Origin: Lama glama
Lineage: Eukaryota
Assembly: GCA_028534125.1 (NCBI GenBank)
Contig: CM052818.1
Coordinates: forward strand, 14,882,001-14,946,000
DNA: 64,000 bases
Reading direction: 5' to 3'
Numbering within the stretch: position 1 is the stretch's first letter; the number at the start of each line of letters is the position of its first letter. The notes below the pieces were generated by a model. The model had not been told where the DNA came from, did not search any database, and saw only the letters and a program-made list of their open reading frames with translations. Made by a program: the position numbers and the translations under genes. This document shows positions 28,501 to 40,500 of this stretch, piece after piece.

Positions 28501-31500
28501 TTTTCCTGTAAGAAAATCTTAGTCCCTAATAGAGTGTATGGGATAGTCTCAAAAATCACTGTTCAGGAAAATGGCTACCAAATGTGAAAAACAATTTTCT
28601 GTGCTATGTGATTAGAGACTAACAAAAAAAATTAAAAGCTTAAGTGAGATGAGTTGATAGTCCTAAGTATAAATTATATATGTAATGGTTATCGACATTG
28701 TACTTTTTGACCTTAAGCTCTGTAAGGTTACTAAATACCTTGTACAGTCTATAAATTTTACTGTTTCAAAGGATGGGTGAAATAAGGTCCCATGAGGGTA
28801 GTTAAGGGTAAATTTTTTTTTTTAGTTTAGTTCAATTTGAAATTTTAATACTTTTGTCAGATATCAAGGTTACTGAAATAATCTTAAAATGGAACCTCTC
28901 TATTTTGCTCTTGGAACCTTTAGTTAATGATTTCATAGAAATATTTGTGGTATAATTTATACTCATAGTTCTGCCTTTATAGATGTGGAAGTTGGGTTAT
29001 GTCTTTCTAGGGTCATATAGGAATTTTGGACACTTGCCTTTAATCCTCAAATCGTCATTAATTTCTCCTTTTGCAGTCCATTCTTTAGAATCTTTTAGGT
29101 CTAACCAGCTACCATAGGATGCAAAAAACTAACATCTATAAAAACAGGGTTACTCAAGGTAGAGGAGTCATCATTTTTCATCTCAAATATTTCTTCTTTA
29201 CTTTGTGCCCCCTTTCCTCTGATAGATCTGTTAAGTCATTCTTAGTTAAATCATTCTTAGGATCTCAGCTTTTACTAACTTTTCACTCAAAAAAAAAATC
29301 ATACTTAAGGTCTAAGAGTTGAGACCATTTCTTTAATATGTGAAAGGATGTGTTGTTATGCGATGAGGGGCAGGGCTAGCTAACCTCTCTTGGCACCTCC
29401 AGGAAACTACCCAGCTCTGCTGGGGGAGCTGCACACAGAAAAGGAAACAGTAACTACTCCACGGTGAGTAACCCTGTTTTCTCCTTATTTCACCTTCTGA
29501 CTGTTTTCATTGATTTTTAAAAGCTTGTGTGTCAGACATGAAATAGTTCTTGTGCTCCGAGTTAATTTTAAACCTCGCATATAAGGTTCTCTTTACTTGG
29601 CAACCTTTTGTTCACACAGTAGAGTAAGGACAGCCTTTCCTTTGTGTTTATAGCTGTCACTCATGCCCAGGATTGAGCTGAATAACAGAACATAGAAATA
29701 GGCCAGTTGTCTGTTGTGAAACGCTTGTAACCTTGAGGGGAAAAAAAAATCTGTTAGTGGCTTGGTTTTTACACCTTTTTATGTTTGTTTTCATTTGGGA
29801 CAGGAGGGATTTTGGGGAAGGATAGGGTATTCTTTCACTTACAGAGACAGGAAGAATTACTGTTTGCAGTTGTTCCATGACAATTCACCTAGCCTTCATT
29901 TGCATATTTGATTTATATTGTATATTTTGTTTTTATGATATGGGTCATTTCTTCCTTTTTCACCATCCTTTCCCAACAGTGATTATTTTCAGTTCTACTC
30001 TAACCAAATCTAAAGAAAGTTGCCATCTAGTGGTACGAATAACATTGTAGAAAACTTACAAGGCTCTTTTTTTTTTCCTTAGTGATACAGATATTGAACA
30101 CATTTTGTTATAAGTGAGGTGGCTTGGTGGTACTGTCTAGTTGCTATGAAGCTGGTTTACTTTATTATTGTATACATGGTATTATTTATAATATGTTGTG
30201 TTGAAATTATTTGTCAGAATTTTATTTTTATATTGCCATTTATAAAATGAACCAGTCAATGAGTAGAATGAATTTCACTTGTGGGGGGTGGTATTTGATT
30301 CAAATTATACATATATTGCTACTATAGTTTTTAGTCAGAATGCATATCTGTAATTGTTGATAGCACTTTTAAAGTCTATTCGGGTACGATTATGTATATA
30401 ACTAAAAGTTACAAGAGCAGTTTCAGTGTTAGAATACAGCCCAGCACACATAGACTTAAAACGTGGCCATAAAGAGATACAGTCATAAAGTCTTACTTGG
30501 GTAATAGATAGAGATTCCTTTAAGAAAATTATTCTTCTAAAGATCAGAAGAACGTTTAGTGTAAATATATTTTTATACTTGCTGAGAAACATTTAGTGTA
30601 AAAGATGTCAATCCAACAAGTGTTTAATTAATTTATTAGATAAGAGATCAGTTAAAGCTGAATCTTGGATAAAGAAGCATAGAAGAAAATTGGGATATAT
30701 AAGAACAAATAAGGCTGAAATATGTACCTAACCAAATGCCTTCTGTACACTTGAGATATGGAAGATGTGTTTTAATTCAGGTTTTAAAAGTAAAAGCCTA
30801 AGCCATTTTTATTTGAATCTACTACTTAATATTTTAAAATCCCATATAGGTTGACTTATTTTTAAGCAATTGTAATTAGTGATAATATTTCTTCAAATTT
30901 TCTGATTGGGAAGCAATTTAGAGTGATACATGAATTTTTAAAATTAGCATCAGAGCTCTTGGGTGAGACGTTTTATATGTGATTACAGTAAAATTGGTCT
31001 TACTAGAGTCAGAAAGGCAGACAAGAAAAACTTCAAATTCCCAACTAATAGCCTTTTGTTTATTTGTTTGCTATAGTAAAAATTTTCCAGAATAGCTTAC
31101 TATAGAAATTGCTTTTTGAATTTTGTTGGTTAAGAATAATTTTGTGGCAATAATTAAAATGCATGCTTGGTTCAGTATTACGTGGTACTTGGTACGGACT
31201 GGATAAGGTACAATTGTATTCTTACTTAAGAAAGCTACTTGGGTTTATAGCAGCAGTGAGAAGACATGTATTCTCATGTGATAGCTCATGGCAAGCACTT
31301 CTCCATGCTCTACCAGGGAAGGGGGCGGCGTTGATGGGGAGAGTGCGAGGAACAGTCTTATGCCTAATGCTGTTACTATTTGAGCACAACCTTTTTCTCT
31401 TTGTTGGTAAAAATCTAATTTCAGTAAAGATGTTGGACTCCCCCTTGAAGTTCATTGTGAAAGAATCTGATTTTATTTTTTACTGACTAGACTCTCAATA

Positions 31501-34500
31501 GACACCTATGTATATACATTTTCAGTCATACAATTTTACCAAATGTTCAAGTTTGCAGGCTGGTGCCAAAAGCTGAAACTATGGGATATAAATCAGATTT
31601 TAAAAAGAATTTGGACACAACATTGTAAACTGACTATAACTCAATTAAAAAAAATAATTAAAAAAAGAATTTGAACTTGAAAGTCTCTGGAAAGCAAATT
31701 AGCATTTTATATTATGAGACATTACCATTCTTTTTTTAAACTTGGTAGGCTTGGTTTTGAAACTTGAGACAATATTGTTGCTATCCTAGGCTCTACATTA
31801 TGGCAAGGAACATAGATAATTGGCATTTTAGTAGTCTTAATGTTATTACCCATTAGATAAATCCCAGAATTCATAACTACCAAATATTAGAGTAGCGATA
31901 ACTTACTTAATTTGTCTTTAAAAAGTATAATATGGGGGGTATGTTGATTTTAAAATAGTTTTCTTTATTACAAATGTGTAGTTCATGAATGATGAGCAAT
32001 AATTATAAAATTTTTATTTATTACTAATTAGCCGTGTATTGGATATGTTTACTTCATGTTTCCTTGGCTCTTGTGCCTTTCTTCTTTTAGAAAGTTTTCT
32101 CTCTTTATGCAGATTTGTTGAACTGAATCTCATATTTTGAAGTAAAATTAAAGTATTTTTTCATTGAAGAAAATTTAGGTTTCACATATAAAGGTTCTTG
32201 TTACTCAGTAGACTCTGTTCTTACATACCTAAGAAGTGATTTTTAATGCAGTATTTTTACATCTGAACATCTTCAAAAGTAGTGGCATTTTACTGCAGTT
32301 GTTAGGATAGATCAGTTTGGCTCGTTTTAAGAGGAAGGGTAATGATTATGTAAAGAAGCTTGTGTGTTATATATTCTAGAGTAAAATTTGACGATGATAT
32401 TTTGGTGTCTTCGTTTTAACCTTTATTATACCTTTATGAAACCGACTTCCTCGTATAAATGCTTGTGATATTGAAGCTTTTACAATTGAATATTAAATAT
32501 TAGTGTTATATTCATTTGGGCAGTGAATTTTTCCTCCTAAAGTCATTCAATTTAATTAACATTTTGAAAAAGATGAGTAATACTGTCCTTACTGAAACAG
32601 AGCATTAATCTTCAGGAGGCTAGAGTAAAGAATTGAAGTATTAAAGATGGGAAATCTGTGTTTGTTTAAAGATCATCATCTTTGTTTTGATTTAAACATT
32701 CTAGCAATGACACTTTTCCCTTTAATCCTTCTTATTGGTATTATTATTAATAAATACAAGCATTCTTGTTTTTATACAGGGTACCAAGTATGGTGTCCTT
32801 GGAAGAGACAAAGTTATATACTGGACTTGAATATGGTATGTGAATTCTAGTCTGAGTAAATCTGTGTGGAATGTTTTCATCAATTACTCTACAAGGATTT
32901 AAATGGGATAATTTTGTAGTCAAAATTTTTCTAGTCTCTTTTATGTTTATAAAATGAATATTAATTACAGTATTATCTTTTTGTTTGTTTGTTTTGAGAA
33001 GCTGGAAAATTATTATATAAAGAATAGCCAGTAGATGATAGGTGCTTTCTATGTGTAGAGGCAGACTTTCATGTATTGTGATGTTCATTTATGTTTAGAA
33101 TTGTTTTAGGACTGATACATTATACTTGATGTGAGTAAGAATAGTATGATAAGAATATAATATTCTTACCTTTCTGTCATAGATAGTTAAATTTTGTATA
33201 ACTGTTTATGTAAAACATTTTGTGTTAATTTGATGTTTGAACCTAACATTAATGGAAATTTAGCACATTTTCTTACTGCTAGATTAACATTGGGGTTCAT
33301 CACATACATCAATTACTTGGGTATAATTTTTTTGGTTTGTCACATACATCAGTTACTTGGGTATAGTTTTTTTGGTTTGATTTGGGTCACCACAACTAGC
33401 GACTTCTGTGCATTTACAGTCTCTTAATTAGTGAACAGAACCTTTGAAAGATTGGCAGAGATAGTTTTTCCCTCCCTTCTCCTTCCCTACCCAATAAAGT
33501 TTTATAAGCAGGTTAGTGTAAATGTGAAGATTTTAAAAGTTATTCTGTATCATGCCAAGCTACTAACCAACTCTGATAAAGGCATACCCATTTGTTTTTT
33601 CTTTCCTGGATGTATTATCTCTTCTTGACGTAATTATTGATATAAACTTTAAACATTCCCAAGCTGGGCAGCATTCTGTGTGTGTAAAATACTTTCTCTC
33701 ATTTTTTACAAATAGATCTATCCAGAGAGAACCACCGAGAAACAATTGCTAGGGTCATAAGGAAACTTCTTAGTAAGTACATATATGCATTTAACTTACT
33801 TTTACTAATGAGTATTTAGGAATTTTATTTTTTAGCATATCTGCTTTTTCTTAACCTTTTAAAATTCTAAATGGTGAGAATATCAGGTAGCTTTTTTTTT
33901 TCTTAACTAATAGATAATTAAGGAAAAAGAGTCCTATAGTAATTCAAAATATTTTAACCGAAATTCTTTTCCTTCTTCTATTATAGACCACATACTTAAT
34001 AATTCGGAAGATGATACCAAGTCTTTGTTTCTTATCATAAAGGTATAATTGTCATTTAACAGTTGTATGATTATTAATATGACTAGGTTTGACATGATAA
34101 CTTGTAAATATAAAATTTGAAATTTGTTGACACAGATTATTGGAGACCTTTTGCAGTTCCAAGGATCTCACAAGCATGAATTTGACTCCCGTTGGAAAAG
34201 CTTTAACCTAGTAAAGAAATCAATGGAAAATCGGGTCAGTATTTTCACCTAAAAGTCTGAATTAATTTTTTTATAGGTATATAATAATCGGTATAACCAC
34301 CTGATCTAGCAGTTGTTCACCATACAAAGGAAGTTTCCCTGTAAGTAACAATAGTAGACTTTCAAATATTACAGCATGATATAATCAAAAGGATCATAAG
34401 CAGGAAATGTGTTTTCCTTGTACAAACTCTTCTTTCAGTTTCTATGATAGTCTCTGAACTCTCTGTGGGAATTTGGAGTATGATTACCTGGCACCAGCAC

Positions 34501-37500
34501 TCTAGCTACCATGTAGGAACCCAAAGGAGTAAAAGATGGGAGGAGTTGTCCAGAGGCATGAGTTTAAAGCACTGCATTTTATGTAGATCTGAGAAAAATA
34601 CATCTTATGTTATTTTTGTGCTCCAGGAGAAGTCAGTACAAGCTTGTCAAGGAGCATGGAAGAGAGAATACCTAGGGCAGCTGTTTGATGTTCATAGCAG
34701 TGTTCTTCTGTAGGAGACTGTTGTCGAAATTGAGTCTGAAAAGGTGATATGGGTTCGTTGTTTAGGCCGAGGGTGCTATGTATTTTAGACAGAGGGAGTG
34801 ACATGTACAAGGGCAGGGAGATACACAAACATGGCAGGATTTAGGGAACTGTGGCTGTAGAGCAGAGGGGCAGGAGGTAAGCCAGGTTGTTTCTAGTTTT
34901 GTCCTAAGAAAGTACTTCCATTTTACATTCAGCAAGGGGGAGTCTTATAAGTTCCTAAGTAGATCTGATGGGAATAGTGGAAAGATCGACACTGAATTCA
35001 ATGAATGTTGAAAAGCTCTGCCACTGCTGTGGAGGATAAGCAGTAAGACTGAGATTGGAAGCCGGGAGGCTTTAGGTAAACTCTTAAAATCGTTGAGAAG
35101 GAAAAGCACAGCCTGAATCAAGTCACTGCCTTTGGGGTGTTTGAAAAAGAGTGGCTGGGACTTGGTGATTAATGAGATAAAGGAATGAAAGAAAACAATC
35201 TTGAGTTCTAGGTATCTGCATTTAGTGACTGGGTGGAAGATTGAGCATGGGAGAGCTTAAAAGATAATTTTTACAAAAATAAAAGATACTGTATTCTGTA
35301 GTAAACATACACAGTTACCCAGAAAGGCTATTTATAAATGTAGTAGAGTTGAGCAGTTTTCTTAGTGGGCTGTTTCAAATGGAAATACTGTATTTTAATA
35401 TAAACTTGATGGCTTTAGAATAAATGAAATACCTCCACTACCCACCAGCCCACACTGTACCTTCTGTGAACCAGTTTTTCCTTAAGGGATTCAGGAGACT
35501 CCATTGTTGAGGTCATTCAGGGGAAATGTTGAAGTGTTTGCTACTTTGTCTTTCAGCTCCATGGGAAAAAGCAGCATATCAGAGCACTGTTGATTGACAG
35601 AGTAATGTTGCAGCATGAGGTAAATAGCTTTTCAAAATCATGATGACTTTTTAAAATGATACTTTTCCAGAGAGCATTTAATTATTAAATGAACTTTTAT
35701 TAAAAACTTTGAGATTTGATATACATTTTTATTCTTTTTGTAGCTAAGAACACTAACTGTGGAGGGTTGTGAATACAAAAAGATACATCAGGATATGATC
35801 AGAGATCTTCTTCGTCTGTCTACAAGTTCATACAGTCAGGTAAGGCTAGTTCAAACACTCTGGGCATGCCCCTTCTCACCCATTTTGTAATGTGCCATCT
35901 AATGTAGCCCCATTTTTAACAAGGGAATTTAAGTAATTGATTGGTGTAGAAAACACCTTTTAGCGTACAAATATATTTGAACTAATTTTGCTTCTCTTTT
36001 TAAGTTAATGTTTATTTTTGCTGTTTGTGATTGCTTCTTAAGTTTTTTTTTAATTTTTAATTAAAGTTGACAGTGTCAGTGCAATGTTGCTGCTCATAAT
36101 TAAATCACACTGTGAAGACCAGCTTATGAAGGCCATATCATTCTTCTTAGGCATTATGCTTGGATTTCAGGAAGCTGCTACCATGTGAATTGTGGGGTCT
36201 ATCCTTTAAGGAAGCATAGGACCAAGAATTTATCTCTAAACACAGAAAACTGGAAAATTTAAAGAGATTCACGTACAACCAGTTAGTCTGTCTTTATGAA
36301 ATAACATAAATTAGGAAACCAGTCTAACCCAGGGATTTTTTTGCCTGAAGTATTTTAAAAAGTTTGAAATACATACAGTGTATTGCTTTTACTGTAATCA
36401 GTTATTATTCATTACTGTTAACTAGTTCATGGGTTATAAATGTTTTGGTTCAAAATATGTGGCCTGTACTTAGAATAAAAAGTTTAATAGTCTGCTGATA
36501 ATGTTACTGAACAAATGAATGTCGGTTCCAGTCTCGCCTTTATCGAAAATATTTTAACAAACGTAACCTAAACCATGGACATGGTTGGTGTTAATTTCCT
36601 TTCCTTTTGGTAAAAGGATAATAATCATTGACCTATTTTTGTTAAGGTATGTGCGTTGATATATTTTTCTGTTATTACAGCATTTAAATTATCACCAGTT
36701 TGTTTTGATGATTCATTTAGAAAGTTTTTGTAGTTTGTCTATCATTTGATAGAAGTCCTCATTTAATAATACTTTCTTTAGGTCAGAAATAAGGCCCAGC
36801 AAACATTTTTTGCTGCCTTGGGAGCATATAACTTCTGCTGCAGAGATATTATTCCTTTGGTTTTGGAGTTCTTACGGCCTGGTAGACAAGATGTCACGCA
36901 ACAGCAGTTCAAGGTATAGGGGTTTTTGTTTTGTTCTACTACAGAAATTTTCAAACACAGGGAAAAATTGAAAGAATTCCACAGTGAATATCCTGTGTCC
37001 ATCACTCAGTTTCTGTATTTAACATTTTGCTTCATTTGCTTTATCACATATCTGTCCATCTCCTCCATCTATATTATTTTTTAATGTGTTTCAAAATACT
37101 AAGTTGAAGACATCAGTACACTCAACCTTTACACAGGTATAGTCTTTTTCTTCTCCCTCATTATTTACTTATGTACCTATGTTTATAAGCAGTGTTATGA
37201 TGGAGAAAGTATAAGCAATTTGAGTTGAGCACCAATGGATGAGTAGCCTGGCTGCCCTATGGGAGAGGGGGATGAAAGACCAAAAGGTTTAGAGTGGTGA
37301 GACCAGCCTGAACTAGGAAGAAACACAGTTAAGTTTGAACATCTGAGTGAAAGTTTGTGTGATTAGAGCACAGAAGGAAGGTAATGACAAAGATAATGGA
37401 AATATTACATCTCACTGGGGGTGCAGTAGAGTGTAATTGAAATGCAGTGATTGCTTATACCATCAGGTAGAAATGAGTTGATTGATAGTGATTTAAGAGG

Positions 37501-40500
37501 GGGAAATTAAGACGACTCAGTAGTTGAATATGAGGGCACTGAAAAAAAGAGATGTCAGAATAATTAAGGTTCTGGATTCTACAACTGGTTGTTGTTGTAC
37601 ATCAGAGAGAGAACTTGGAGAATGGATGATGAGTTCCTTTGTTTGGACAAGTTCAATTTGAAGTGGTTTCTATATATTAAGAGGCAATGTCAAGTAGGCA
37701 GTTAGTCATCAGAGATTAGAGCTTAAAGATGCCATTTCAGTGTGTGTTGATGATAATTGAAATTTTTGAGCGGTTGTAAAAGAGCCTGGGAAGAGAGTGA
37801 AAAGAAAAGAGAGGACCAAGGAGCAAGAGCTGAGAAAATTACATTAGAAGAGCTAAGTGAGAATGGAAAGGTCAGAAAGATAACAAGAATTGAGGCAGAA
37901 TTAAATAAGCCAAGGAGAGATCTTTCCAGAAGGAAGACTCAATTAGCAGTGTCAGTTGCTTTCTGGTGAGATGAGATGAGATGAGTTAATATGAGAACTA
38001 AACATGTTCCTTGAGGTTAGCTTGGAAGACAGGCCAGCAGACTACAGCTTGGGCTCAGGGTTTATTGGAACGCAGCCATACCCATCCCTCCATGGCGCTG
38101 TCTCTGGCTGCTTTCATGCTGCTGTGGCAGAGATTAGTTGTTGTATCAGAAACTGTATGGCCAACTGTCTGACTCTTTACAGAAAAGGTTTGCTGCCCCC
38201 CAGAGCAAGTGTAATTCAAGAGTGTACAGAGGTCTAACTCATTGGGTGGTTAAGTTGTTGACCTTGTTGAGAGCAGTTTAAGTGGACAAAATAGACAGGT
38301 CTGGTAAGATTAAAATTGGAAACCGTCTATTAGATCAGTAAAATCAAAGTTCCAGTGCCCTTCTGAGACCTGTAAAGAGGAGTAGAGCACGGCGTGGATA
38401 AGAAGTCAGGTTGGAATTGAGGTAGGGTGAATGTTTGGGAAATAGGTTCAGGAATGTTCAGGAAAACAAAGTGTTTTGGCACTAATAGCTCTTTCCGTTA
38501 AAATGGAGTACCTTAAAAAGAGGTACCTATTGTAATCAGAGTTATTCTTATTAATTGAACTTCTGTGAGTAAAAAGTACACAGTATTATTAAACAACCTA
38601 GGTTTTATATACTTAGGGAAATACTTGGCATCCAGATTTAAAAGTTACTATTTTGAAAGTTATTCCAAACATTGTTCCCTAAAATGCTAAGAATGGCACA
38701 TTTCATAGCCTTTGTGCTTTTAGTAGAAGAGAATTAGAAGGGAAGCTATGTTCTTGAAAGCAACATCTATACATTTCTATGGTACCTTATTATTAGCCGT
38801 TCTTTGACCTAACCCTTTGGTAAATGATTAGAGAAAATATTACTGTCAATTTAAATGTCAAGTTCAGGTTTCTAACAGTAGCATGTTAAATGTGTGAACC
38901 TATTTTACTAACCAGTACAAGCACTTAGATAATAAGTGTTTAGCAAATGTGAAACCACATGTAGGTGAGTTGGCCACAACTAAGCCATGCCTCTCATTTC
39001 TCACATTGATCTTTATTTTTTCCTGCAGGGTGCCTTGTATTGTCTCCTTGGAAATCACAGTGGTGTATGTTTGGCAAGCCTTCACGACTGGGACTGTATT
39101 GTACAGACTTGGCCAGCAATTGTTTCGTCTGGGCTTAGCCAAGCAATGTCCCTGGAAAAACCATCAATAGTGAGACTGTTTGATGATCTTGCAGAAAAGA
39201 TTCATCGGCAATATGAAACAATTGGCTTGGACTTCACAGTAAGCACAGTCACTTTCTTAATTCAGATTTTAGTGGAAATACTGCCTTGTTAAAATGCTGT
39301 TTTTCAGTAATAATATTATGGGCATTTGATTCTTTTCTTTTTTCTCTGTTGAGCATCTGTTTTCTGTTTCCTTTCAGTATTTTTAGTGATCATTACTGTA
39401 GATGGCAGGTGGAGTAGAAAATTGGAGCATGGCCAGAAGAGAGATGGGTGGTTTCTACCAAGAAGCCACAAGTGTTATTTGTTGCATTTACCATTATTCT
39501 CTGTATGTCCATGGCCTCATTTTTCTAAGAGTGGATTATATTTTAGGAAGTCGATGGTACTAGTCAGAGTCACAAAAGATTGACCACAAGATTCATAGTT
39601 TATAATGAAGAAAATTAAAATTGGATGATTTGACAAATGAAAAAGTAAACACTAGGTTCAGTGGCGCTCAAATGGAGACAGATGATCATTGAAGAATTTT
39701 CAGATGCCTCTTGGCACACTCACTGGAATTTGGGATGTGTAGAAGAGGTGGGAGTGCAGTCGAATCCTCCTCTTCTTTAAAATGATTCTGTTTGACATCC
39801 GCCCTTGGTTTTAAAAACAACTGCTCTAAATGTATTTCTTCTCTGCAAAACATAGTCTTGCTACTTGGTAACTGTCATTAAATTATGCTTTCTTTAAAAT
39901 TTTTTTTAAAATTGAGATGTAATTCATATGCAAAAAAGTTTACCTGTTTAACACAACACATGTGTGCTTAAAGTCACAATAGTATGTTCACAGGGTTGTA
40001 GAACCATCACTGGTCTAATTCTAGAACATTTCAATCACTCAAAAAGGAACTTTGTACCCAAGAATAATAGCTTCACATTCTCCCATACCCCTACCCGTTG
40101 GAAACCATTAATCTGCCTTCTTTCTCTGTGAATTTGCCTGTGATGGACATTTCATATAAATGAAGTTACACAGCAGGTGGCCTTTTATATCTGGCTTCTT
40201 TCACTTGGCATAATGTTGTGAAGATTGACCCATGTTGTGGTATGAGTCAGTACTTCATTTTTTCCCCTGGCTTTTCTTTTTAATAAGATTCCAAAGTCGT
40301 GTACTGGAGTAGCAGAATTACTTCAACAATCAGAAAACCCCTCTATCAACCAGATAATGCCTAGCTCGGAAGAAATTAAAGAAGGACTTAAACGCCAACA
40401 AGTGAAGAATGCTGATTCCCTAAGGTAATTATGGGTGCCTATTCATCAAGACAGATAACATTATCAATAGTAGGTTTTAAATATCTCAAAAATATAGATG

